The notes beneath the pieces were generated by a model. That model was not told the origin of the DNA. It saw nothing but the letters and a program-made list of their open reading frames with translations, and made no database searches. A stretch of DNA of 62,938 bases, counting the filler, from Craspedostauros australis (taxonomy: Eukaryota), in assembly GCA_030167865.1 (NCBI GenBank). It is 13 parts of 13 records of this genome, joined end to end, with 100 filler letters (N's around TTAATTAATTAA, not from the genome) between each part and the next. Parts side by side here need not be neighbours in the genome. Positions count along the whole stretch, not along the records: positions 34,857 to 37,618 come from JALAGF010006581.1; positions 37,719 to 41,493 come from JALAGF010006582.1; positions 41,594 to 46,257 come from JALAGF010006584.1; positions 46,358 to 50,016 come from JALAGF010006585.1; 9 more parts are not named here. One strand, given 5' to 3'. The first letter of the stretch is position 1; the number at the start of each line of letters is the position of its first letter. Positions 34,857 through 46,629 of this stretch are shown one piece after another. The position numbers and the translations under genes are program-made.

Positions 34857-37618
34857 CATCCAGCTGTACTGGTCTGGGGTGTCAGCGGTACAGGAAAGTC
34901 CGCTCTCGTTGATCACTTCCTGGAGACATGCTGCATTTGCGGCAAGGGCTCCAACCAGAAGCAAACGAAGACTGAACAAGCGGGTGCAGGCGATGCAGCA
35001 CCCTCCTGCTCCTGCTGCTACGTCCTGCGTGGAAAGTATGACGAGTACACAGGAAAGAGTGACCCATTCTCGGCCATCGCCCAGGCCATTCAAGACTTCA
35101 CAACCCAACTCAAGAACGGACCCAAGGAAGAACTCGATCGNATGCGTGAATGCGNGCGAGCAGCATTCCCCAACGGCGGGCTTCGTCCNNTGGTGAAAGT
35201 GGTGCCATCTCTCTCCATCTTGACATCCAAGTCAGCCCGAGGCGGCGCTTCTGTCATGAGCCAATCCGTCAGCCAGCGCGATAACTACAGCACCAGCATG
35301 AACGGTAGCACCGCCAACGGCGATGGATCTTCACCAGCGGCGGGTGGAGCCATGACAGAAAAGATGTGGAACCAGCTCCAGTACATCTTCNNNNNNNNNN
35401 NNNNNNNNNNNNNNNNNNNNNNNNNNNNNNNNNNNNNNNNNNNNNNNNGGAACGACCCATCTACATGTTCCTCGACGATCTGCAGTGGTCTGCCGAGGTG
35501 GGCCTCAGCCTCATCGCCCGGTTGGTAGCTGATTCCGGGTTGCAAAACTTCCTTCTGCTTGGTGCCATCCGCCAGGACACCAACCCGCATACTGACGAAC
35601 CACTGGACCTCACGCCAGACCACCCGCTGGCACGGTGCCTCGTCACGCCGTTGTCAGCAGAAGATACTGCCAATGACAGCAACCAAAAGGCAGAAGGCCC
35701 TGATGATAGATCAACCACGTCCGCAACCACATCATTGTCTCAGGCTGGTAAGCGCCGCCCTCCGCGAACCCTCCAGCAGATCACGATCACCAACCTCACG
35801 CTGGATGACATGACTGCATGGCTCTCGAGCATGCTGGACTGCAACGACATCGAAGATCTATCCGAGAAGCTCCACTCCAAGACAGATGGAAACGTCTTCT
35901 TCACCCTGCAAGCTCTCGAAGAGCTGGAGAGAAAGGACATTCTCGCCTTCAACTCCATCTCTCACCGATGGGAGTGGAGTCTTTCCAACCCAGGGGATGA
36001 CGACAACAGCAACGCCGGTAGCGCCCAACTACCCATCAGCGATAACATCATCGGCATCATCGAATCCAAGCTGCGAGACCTTCCCATGCAGCTGCAGCAG
36101 GTGTTGTCCATTGCGGCCTACATCCGATCGATGTTCGACATCTCGGTGCTGCATCGGGTGCTCGAAAGCGAGCGCAAGCACGTGGATGGAGAGATCGATT
36201 CCATGGCCCGCATCTCCTCCAAGCAAGAACTCTCCAGTATGCTGGACCATGCGGTTCTAGAGCGTCTCATCTCAAACCCCATCGGTGGTACCAAGTACCA
36301 CTTCGCGCACGATCGCATCCAGCAGGCCGCACAATGCATGATCCCAGCCGGCGAGGCTCGTGACAAGTTGCGCGTGCGGATCGGTCACTGCTTGCTGCAG
36401 ATGTACCGACGTATGCAGACTCGTCTTCAAGAGGACGAGGAAGAAGAGCATGACAACGATGCGAATCATGGGACTGACCACGAGCCCAAGAAGCAACGCA
36501 AAAATCACCCACAAGGCAAGGTCGCAATGCCCTCCCAGTCCACAGACTCAGTAACGTCAACCGAAACGTTCACTTCGGCTGTTACTACGTCAGAAGTAGA
36601 TGATGGCCTGTTGTTCGTGGCTGCGGATCACTTGAACACCGTGCAGACCAAAGATCACATGTTCTCCGTCATCATGAATCTGGAGGTTGGCGAGAAGGCC
36701 ACAGAGATGGCAGCGCTCGAAGCAGCCGCCGGGTACTTGCGAATGGCGCATGAAGCATTGCAGCGAGTGAGAACTGGCTCATCTCCCAACACCTCCTCCA
36801 AGACCAAAGGATCGACCGGTACCCAAGCCGCTGCCAGCCCATCGATCTGGGACAGTGATGAGCACTACGACATCTGCCTGCGGGTCTATCGGGCACGCGC
36901 CGACGTCGAGTTGTCGATCGGCAACTACGAAGTCGGCTACAAGCTGTGCGACGAGGTGCTGGAGAGAGCCAGATCACCGGACGACAAGGCGCTCACCCAC
37001 TTCTCCATGGCCAGAGCCTTGACCAGGCAGGATCGTCACAGAGACTGCATGGAGATGGAGCTGCGTCTGCTTCAATCGTTGAAAGCGTTCCCCAGCCGAT
37101 GGTACTCGCTGCACACTATGATGACCAGGATGAAGGTTAAGCACTTCCTAAAGAACAACACCAACGAAAAGATCCTCGCAAGATCATGGATGACGGATAA
37201 GAAGAAGCTCACTGCCATGATGATTCGTGCAGACTTCAACATGTGCTCCAATGCCATCAACAAAGTGGACTTTAACATCTTGAACACGTGCAAGATGCTG
37301 TGCACATCCATCAAGCACGGCATCTGCGCAGAGATGGCAGGCGCCTTCGGTACATATGGACTTCGACTATGTGGCACGAAAGAGCAAGCCCTGGCCCAGC
37401 GTTGTATGAAGATCGGCGACCTGATCCTCGAGCAGGTCGATGGAAGACATCTGGAAGGCATGTTCCGATTGACTTCCGCGAGCTACGTCAACGGGTTCAG
37501 GTCCACTTTCGAAGATGCCCTGCGGGATCACAAGAAAGGGTATCACCGCTCGATGGAGGTCGGAGAATTTGGCATTGGTATCCTCAATTACCAAAACTGC
37601 GTCATGCAAGGACTTATG
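34857..37618 (+). CDS. Partial STAND-class ATPase, paralog of 12318-16631
   Basis: VLVWGVSGTGKS (from 34857), GKYDE..DPFSAI, FLDDLQWS, TDGNVFF, YHFAHDRIQQAA, VAADHLN; many motifs are collinear with the 1437-aa protein. Confidence 0.88.
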
Positions 37619-37718
37619 NNNNNNNNNNNNNNNNNNNNNNNNNNNNNNNNNNNNNNNNNNNNTTAATTAATTAANNNNNNNNNNNNNNNNNNNNNNNNNN
37701 NNNNNNNNNNNNNNNNNN

Positions 37719-40700
37719 TGTTAAGTAAGAGTTTCTCTGCAGAACGATTCTCTCCTGCGTTGTCACATCTGACATTTTGAACCGTTACTCGCTGATTCGC
37801 TTGGAGCCATTGGAACAACAAAAGCATCTTCGACCCCACGTCGCTTTTCTCTGTGATGAAGTAACTCCAGCAGTAGTCACTGTAATCGTCGATCACAAGA
37901 AGCCAGTATTTGCCCNNNNNNNNNNNNNNNNNNNNNNNNNNNNNNNNNNNNNNNNNNNNNNNNNNNNNNNNNNNNNNNNNNNNNNNNNNNNNNNNNNNNN
38001 NNNNNNNNNNNNNNNNNNNNNNNNNNNNNNNNNNNNNNNNNNNNNNNNNNNNNNNNCCTGTCACGTTCCAGCCGTACCTCCCTGCTGTTCGAGAGATGGT
38101 GTACGCGTCAACGTGGCCTAACTTTTTATGGATTGTGTTGATGTCGACAGGTGCGCCGGTTGACACGCCAACATGAGCTTGGTCGTCCGTCTTGGCGTTG
38201 CTCACCATGGTCACTCCGCAGACGAAACCGCTATGAGTCGCCATGATGCGGTCAAAGGTGATGCGGGCCTTGCCTTTCTTCAGGGTCATGATGACGCCGA
38301 GGTTGCTGATGNNNNNNNNNNNNNNNNNNNNNNNNNNNNNNNNNNNNNNNNNNNNNNNNNNNNNNNNNNNNNNNNNNNNNNNNNNNNNNNNNNNNNNNNN
38401 NNNNNNNNNNNNNNNNNNNNNNNNNNNNNNNNNNNNNNNNNNNNNNNNNNNNNNNNNNNNNNNNNNNNNNNNNGATCGGAGACGCGAATGTTGGTCATAC
38501 CTTCGTCGCTGTTGGTGAGATGGCACGATGCGCCCGAATCGCCCAACCAGGTGTTGGTCTCGTAGTTATCCGGTGCGACGGAGGAGCGCCTTGCGGTGAC
38601 ATTGTCGGTGTTGCCGACCACCATTGCCACCTCGTGTTGTTCTGCGCGTTCGGAGTAGATTGGCAGCACCCAGTGCTCCGGACTTGGGTTTCGGACTCCG
38701 CCGTCACCTGGATGGTAGGTCCAAACGATGGAGTTCGCGGCATGGTGTGTCATGCGCGAAATCAGATCGCTGGGAAAGGGGTCGAAGCGACGGGATTCCA
38801 AGCTGTTGTTGATGTTGCATGGGTTGCGGCACACTCCCAGTGTGGTGTGCATTCTGATCTCGTGCAGTTTGAAATACACCGTGCGTGGCTCGATCAGCGG
38901 AGTGCGGTCCCCATTGTGGGTGGCCACAGCGTCGTAGCACAGTAAGGCGAGCTCACTTTGCACATCATCCGCTTTGAGCACGTTGCTGAGCGATGCTCGA
39001 ACCGCATTGCGGAGGGAGCCAGCTCTCTCAAGTCTGGTGCGTCGCTCCGCGCGCTCTTCNNNNNNNNNNNNNNNNNNNNNNNNNNNNNNNTTGTGGAGCT
39101 GGATGAAGAAAGGAACTTGGGGGCATTCCACGCACCATGCGTAGAGTGGTCCTCGCTTGAGGCACAGAGGGCACCAGGCCGTGTTGGTGACGAGTCCTGT
39201 CGAGTTCCCGATCATGCGGTCCACACGAGAGAGCTCTGGGGCGAAGTTGAAGATAGGGCGACGTGCCGCTTCTCCTCGGTTGGCATCGCCCATGTCATCA
39301 TCCACGTCCTCGGTGTCGGTGGCCCCTTCGTTGGTGAGGCTTGCGTCGTAGTAGGATTCTTGTCCTTGGTTGGAGTTGCTCNNNNNNNNNNNNNNNNNNN
39401 NNNNNNNNNNNNNNNNNNNNNNNNNNNNNNNGAGCACGTTGCTGAGCGATGCTCGAACCGCATTGCGGAGGGAGCCAGCTCTCTCAAGTCTGGTGCGTCG
39501 CTCCGCGCGCTCTTCATCGTTGGTTGGCACATTGCCTCGCGGCTCATTGTGGAGCTGGATGAAGAAAGGAACTTGGGGGCATTCCACGCACCATGCGTAG
39601 AGTGGTCCTCGCTTGAGGCACAGAGGGCACCAGGCCGTGTTGGTGNNNNNNNNNNNNNNNNNNNNNNNNNNNNNNNNNNNNNNNNNNNNNNNNNNNNNNN
39701 NNNNNNNNNNNNNNNNNNNNNNNNNNNNNNNNNNNNNNNNNNNNNNNNNNNNNNNNNNNNNNNNNNNNNNNNNNNNNNNNNNNNNNNNNNNNNNNNNNNN
39801 NNNNNNNNNGGATTCTTGTCCTTGGTTGGAGTTGCTCATCTTGTTGTTGACGTTGTGTGGTCTCAAGGAAACAATGGGAGATGTGTCAGTCTGTTCGACG
39901 ATGGATGCAAAGGCCACGTCCTCCATTACCTTGGAGTCAGCTTGGTAGTTGCTGTCGTTGTCGCGTGTTTTCGCTTCGCCTGTGTTCACAGACGAGTTGG
40001 TCACATTTTCCAATTCGTTCGTGTTTCCCGAGGTGGGCACACAAATTAATTCGTCTGTCATCACAAGAGCTACGTCGTTATTTCCTTCCATCCCATCAGT
40101 TGCCACATTAGCCGAGTCTGCCTCTTTCATGGCTGCCTTCAGCTTGAAGCACTGTAGGATCTTGTGTCCCTTCTTACCGCAGTACTTACACTCCCCGTTG
40201 AACTTGGGCTTACTGTTGTTGTCTCCTTGGCCACTCTTCTTGTTCTTGCCGTTGCCTTTCTTGGGGGCAGAGCGGCAGTCTGCCTTCTTGTGGCCGTAGG
40301 CTCCACAGTTGCGACAGTGACCTTTGAAGCCTCCTACTGCAGCGAATGCAGTCTCTTCCCTGTCATTGTTGCTCTCACGTCTGTTGCTCCCAAGCTTGAG
40401 GTGTCGGCCATCGTAGGTGGCGCTGACAGCCTCGCGGATGTCTTCGAGGGTCATGGTATTTTCCATACCGTCGAATTTGAGCTCCAAGAGCTTGATGTCC
40501 GTCTCGTATTCCCTTCCGAGGGCGTTGAGTACGAGCATGTGGTACTGTTGCATATCCATGTTGATACCAGTACTACCAAGGCGATTACGCAGCACTTCCA
40601 TCTCGGTCAGGAACGTGTCTGGGTGCTCGCCTTTCTTCAACCGCATCCCGTTGAGTTGAGCCAACAACTTTGCCTTGATAGGCGCGGTACGTTGCTCATA

Positions 40701-41493
40701 GATGCGTTCAAGGGCCTTCCACGCCTTGCGTGGGTCTCCACTCTTAGTGGGCCCGCCCTTGGTTCCCACCACAGCCATGAAGGCGACATTGCCTTCCGTA
40801 GTTTCATGGTTGATCACCATGGTCAGTTCTTCAAACGCGCACTTAGCCAGCCCATTCTTGTATACCTCCTTCTCCTCAGCAGTCATCGAGGCTATCTTCT
40901 TCGCGATAGACTCACCCTCTTCGATCTTCACATCGGAAATGAGGGCGCTGGGGCCGAAGGGAGCTGGCTTCACCTCCACCTTGTCTAGATCCATGAGGTA
41001 CAGGTCCTCAAGGCCCCTGCCCGCGGCGCGAGCTAGGAACTTGATGCTCCAACCCGTCCAGCTGGAACGCTTGCCGTCGAAGATGACAACGCGGTCACTT
41101 TTGCGGAGATAGGAGCTCATGGTGGTGTGGTGGTGGTGATGTTTGTTGCTGTGTTGGTGGGTGATGGAAACGTTGGATTTCAATCGTAATCGTTTCGAAA
41201 CGTGTTGNAAATCCNGGGTTATAGTAGTAGACTAATCTGTTATCAGTCTGTACCGTTTTAGAACTGTGAGCACAACATGCTCATCTCCTTTCGATTCCAA
41301 TTCGCAACAAACATGATCCGCAGTAGCCACCCGAGGTTACACCCTTTAGCTTGGCTCCTTTCGTCTGCATCTTCATCTTGCTTTCATCGTGGTTCATCGT
41401 TTGCTTGGCTGAGGATTGGAGAGCACCTACATTCGTCAAGATCATACTCGTAGACCTGTAGGTACCTCTCCTTCGGTCTCCTGTCACCTCACT
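37719..41493 (-). mobile_element. Ty1/copia element: 5' LTR end (41203-41493), palindromic PBS position, gag with two CCHC knuckles, accessory domain, PR, partial IN
   Basis: ATG 41120 (MSSYLRK); CRNCGAYGHKKADC and CKYCGKKGHKILQC; WLGDSGASCH; IHKKLGH; VRCDNAGEN. Confidence 0.92.
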
Positions 41494-41593
41494 NNNNNNN
41501 NNNNNNNNNNNNNNNNNNNNNNNNNNNNNNNNNNNNNTTAATTAATTAANNNNNNNNNNNNNNNNNNNNNNNNNNNNNNNNNNNNNNNNNNNN

Positions 41594-44500
41594 ATGGAGG
41601 TGCAAGAGGATTGCACCAAGCAATGAGAGCAAAGAAGAGATGGATCAAGAGAGCATCTTGATCATCTCATTCCCCACACTCGCTCATCAACAATCAATAG
41701 CAATAACAGTAACAGAAACACTTTGAGAAAGAGTGTTGACTACTACCGATTCTCCGTGCGCGGAGCCTTCCAACACGTTTATAAACGTTAGCACCAGGGA
41801 AGCCCTGTGCAAGGAGAGATCGAAGAGCGAGAGACGCTGCATGAGCGACGAGCGAGAGACGAGCTAGCTTACCCTCTCACGCGCGTGATCGAGGACAAGG
41901 CGAGAAGCGAAACGAGCGCTGAATGAGCGAAGAAACCGAGGAGACTGCATTCCCTCTCACACCAGTGATCGAGGACGAGACCGAGGGAGACGAGGACGAG
42001 ACTCTGAACCTCACGCGAGAAGGAGCGGGTGCGCCCATCCAACAACCAAGAGCTCAGCAAGGAGCTATCATCGAGACAGAAGCAGAGCAAGCTGCACGAA
42101 GAGCCGGCGCAGAGACGCGGCAGAGAGACCAGCCAAGACCGACATTGGCATCAACAGAGACATCCACATCGACTCCATCACAGCGAGTGTTCAAAGTGGA
42201 AGCGTACAAGACAGAAGTACAAGAGACAGAAGGCAGGGGTAGCGCGTCAGAGAGAGACAGCGGCATCGATCCCCTCGCGTCGAACGACAACGAAGAGTCA
42301 GAGAGAGAAGAAGAGAGAGAAGAGAGCCAATCGACAGGCGGCACACAAGACACAAGCAAGCAGGCAACAACGAGAAAGAAGATGACAAAGGACACATACA
42401 AGAGGCGCAAGGCCCCACTCTTCAGCGGAAAGAAGGAAGACTACAATGCGTGGGAATCGCAAGCCAAGGCGTACGCGCGTACGCAGCGATACAAGGACAT
42501 CATGATGGGAGAGAAGCCCATCCCGACGAAAGGAGACATCGAGAAAGAGAGCGACGAAGAGAAGAGGGAGGCCCTCAAAGAGACGCGCGAACTGGCGCTG
42601 GACTGCTTCAGCGATCTGATCCTGATGATGGATGCAGAGCAAGGAACTGGAAAGCAGGCGANNNNNNNNNNNNNNNNNNNNNNNNNNNNNNNNNNNNNNN
42701 NNNNNNNNNNNAGACTGCATTCCCTCTCACACCAGTGATCGAGGACGAGACCGAGGGAGACGAGGACGAGACTCCGAACCTCACGCGAGAAGGAGTGGGT
42801 GCGCCCATCCAACAACCAAGAGCTCAGCAAGGAGCCATCATCGAAACGGAAGCAGAGCAAGCTGCACGAAGAGCCGGCGCAGAGACGCGGCAGAGAGACC
42901 AGCCGAGACCGACATCGGCATCAACAGGACAACCCACATCGACTCCATCACAGCGAGTGTTCAAAGTGGAAGCGTACGAGACAGAAGTACAGAGGACGGA
43001 AACAGAAGGCAGGGGTAGCGCGTCAGAGAGAGACAGCGACATCGATCCCCTCGCATCCAACGACAACGAGGAGTCAGAGAGAGAGAAGAAGAGAGAGAAG
43101 AGAGCCAATCGACAGGCAGCACACGAGACACGAGCAAACAGACAACAACGAGAAAGAAGATGACGAAGGACACGTTCAAGAGGCGCAAGGCCCCACTCTT
43201 CAGCGGAAAGAAGGAAGACTACAACGCGTGGGAATCGCAGGCAAAGGCGTACGCGCGTACGCAGCGATTCAAGGCCATCATGATGGGAGAGAAGCCCATC
43301 CCGACGAAAGAAGACATCGAGAGAGAGAGTGATGAAGAGAAGAGGGAGGCCCTCGAAGAGACACGCGAACTGGCGCTGGACTGCTTCAGCGATCTGATCC
43401 TGATGATGGATGCAGAGCAAGGAACTGGAAAGCAGGCGATCCAGCTGATCAACCAATGCTGCGACGAGCAGAACCCCGAGGGGAACCCAGCGGCAGCATG
43501 GAAGATGCTGAAGGAGAAATACCAGCCGACCGACGCATCCACGGTGCTGCGGCTGAAGCGCCAATTCAACACGGAACGCATGGCGAGGGATACGGATCCC
43601 GACATCTACGTCACACGGCTTGAGCTGCTCCGCACTCGCCTCCAAGATGTGAAATACGAGATCAGCGAGAGAGAGCTGATCATGCAAGTACTCAGCAGCC
43701 TCAGCAAGGACTACGACGACGAAGTGAGCAACTTCGAGTACCAACTGCAGATGGGTCCAGAGAAGGTGACGATCGAAGCCATCCGAAACGTCCTGAACTA
43801 CAGATACGCCAAACTCCAAGGTGGAAAGGCGTACGTGGACGACTTCGCAGACACGGGCAGCAAGCGCGACGACGCGGCGATGGCTGCGACAGGCGGATTC
43901 AANNNNNNNNNNNNNNNNNNNNNNNNNNNNNNNNNNNNNNNNNNNNNNNNNNNNNNNNNNNNNNNNNNNNNNNNNNNNNNNNNNNNNNNNNNNNNNNNNN
44001 NNNNNNNNNNNNNNNNNNNNNNNNNNNNNNNNNNNNNNNNNNNNNNNNNNCGCGGCAATCAAGGCAACCGCGGCAACAGAGGAAGAGGTCGTGGCAGCGG
44101 CTTCAGTGGGAAGTGCCATTACTGTGGCATCCCAGGACACCGAGAAGCCGACTGCAGAAAGAAAAAGTTCAACGAAAAGAGAAAGCAGGAAGAGCAAGGA
44201 AGCACGGCGCAAGACGGCAACGACGACAGATTCGAGATGGTGNNNNNNNNNNNNNNNNNNNNNNNNNNNNNNNNNNNNNNNNNNNNNNNNNNGTGAGCAA
44301 CTTCGAATACCAACTGCAGATGGGTCCAGAGAAGGTGACGATCGAAGCCATCCGAAACGTGCTGAACTACCGATACTCCAAGCTCCAAGGCGGAAAGGCG
44401 TATGTGGACGACTTCGCAGACACAGGCAGCAAGCGCGACGACGCGGCGATGGCTGCGACAGGCGGATTCAAAGGCAACTGCCACAACTGCGGAAAGTACG

Positions 44501-46257
44501 GCCATCGGTCTGCGAATTGTCCAGACAGAAAGCAAGCGGCCGACAGCAACAACCATCAATCCAACAACGGCCGACGAGGAGGCTACAACAACAGAGGCAA
44601 CAGAAGAGGAGATCAGCGCGGCAATCAAGGCAACCGCGGCAACAGAGGAAGAGGTCGNNNNNNNNNNNNNNNNNNNNNNNNNNNNNNNNNNNNNNNNNNN
44701 NNNNNNNNNNNNNNNGACTGCAGGAAGAAAAAGTTCAACGAAAAGAGAAAGCAGGAAGAGCAAGGAAGCACGGCGCAAGACGGCACCGACGACAGATTCG
44801 AGATGGTGATGACCATGCTCGACACGCCCGCACAAACTCACACCGCCTACGCCGTCGATGATTCATTCTTTGATACCTTCCAACACTTCCCAGGAACGGA
44901 CGAGGTCCACGACGACACGAGCATCCCTGCATGGCTCAACGACGGACCAATCATCCACGAGGTGACGCTCGACAACGAGCCTCGTTTTGATCTCGATTTC
45001 GATTACTGCCTCAACACGCACGACTTGCCNNNNNNNNNNNNNNNNNNNNNNNNNNNNNNNNNNNNNNNNNNNNNNNNNNNNATGGAGGAAGCCGGGGAGC
45101 CCCCGATTGAGCAAGACATGCTCCTGGACGACAATCTCTTCGAAGAGGCGTCAGCCGCTGGCTCCGCCGAAGAAGAGATCGCTCAAGATGACGGAGATGA
45201 CGACAGCGATGCAACTCGTCCTCTATACGTCCGGAACAGATTCCGTCCTCCCAGACCAGAAGGTCAACGAGTCTTTCGCGACCATGAAGACGTGATCTTC
45301 CCAACCGGCCTACGCTTCGGGCCCACGGACTTCTTCAACCAACGAGGGGCACACGGCAGGCATGACACTGTGCCGTACCCAACATTCACGGCCGAGATCA
45401 GACAACGCGAAATCATCAGCAACGCCATCTTCTGCGGGGCCCGCAACCTGTTCCCTAACAATCGACGCATCCAGATGGCATTCGTCGGACGAGTGTCAGG
45501 AATGTTCATCATGGCAGAGCTTCTGTCAATCGAAGAGATCCTGGCAAACAGCATGATTCTCAACAGGATCCTCGAGCGTCACGGCCAACCACCACTGAGC
45601 ATCATGGAGCGGCACTTCATCCTCGGAGGATGTACGGCGGCACTTCTTCACCACCGACCGCAGGAAAGGCAACCTGAGCCACCGCGACAGGCAAGACCGG
45701 AGCCGCCACAGCAAGCAGAACCAACGCGCCCTCCAATCGATTGGGACGATTCCAGCACGGGTGAGTCATCCTACGACGACGACTCCTCCGATGACGACGA
45801 GTTGGCAATCATGGTCGTGGATCGCACGCGCTTCCGTGCATCCGACCACCGCACCAACACACCCGATGAACACACATGGCTTGCCGACAGTGGAGCCTCA
45901 TGCCACATTGTGAATTCGGATAAGGGGATGTTCAACATCCGCCACATCCAGTCCTTTGTGAAGGTCGGTGACAACACGCAACTNAACTCACCNAAGATGG
46001 GGTCCATCTATCTCCGAGTGAAGCAACGCGACAACACACAGCGCACCATCAGACTGAACGATGTGAAGTTCGCACCCAAGATGTGGGTGAACCTGTTCTC
46101 AACGAACAAGGCGCTGGAGAATGGATACCAGATCGGCAACAACGGTATCATCATGGACATCGCAAACGGCAATGGGAACAAGATCGTGTTCGATCGAGTG
46201 TTCCGCACGCGAAATGGCTTCGTGACTGGCGTGCAGATGCATGCAGTCAAGCCACGC
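41594..46257 (+). mobile_element. Ty1/copia element: 5' LTR end (to 41775), palindromic PBS position, gag, accessory region, PR; mosaic of overlapping copies
   Basis: The LTR ends in CCAACA at 41775; APLFSGKKEDYNAW, GNPAAAWKMLKEKY, two CCHC knuckles, WLADSGASCH, NLFS. Near-duplicate segments 41941-42660 and 42712-43440. Confidence 0.92.
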
Positions 46258-46629
46258 NNNNNNNNNNNNNNNNNNNNNNNNNNNNNNNNNNNNNNNNNNN
46301 NTTAATTAATTAANNNNNNNNNNNNNNNNNNNNNNNNNNNNNNNNNNNNNNNNNNNNGTATGGAAAGTGGAGGAGATAGAGAACACAGTCAACTCTTGCT
46401 ACATCTTGCTTTGGGGGTTACATTTTGTATAATACCATACATATAATATGTTCTATTACTAATTGAGCACTGATGGATGCTGTATGTCCTACGAGTTGAT
46501 GAGGCTGCGCAGAATAGGATCAAGCAGCTCATAATATATATACATTGTACAGCGCAGCCTCCAGTATAAGTATGTCACTACCACCCAACACACTGCTGCG
46601 CAGTGCAACGCAGTTGTTATACCAGTAGA

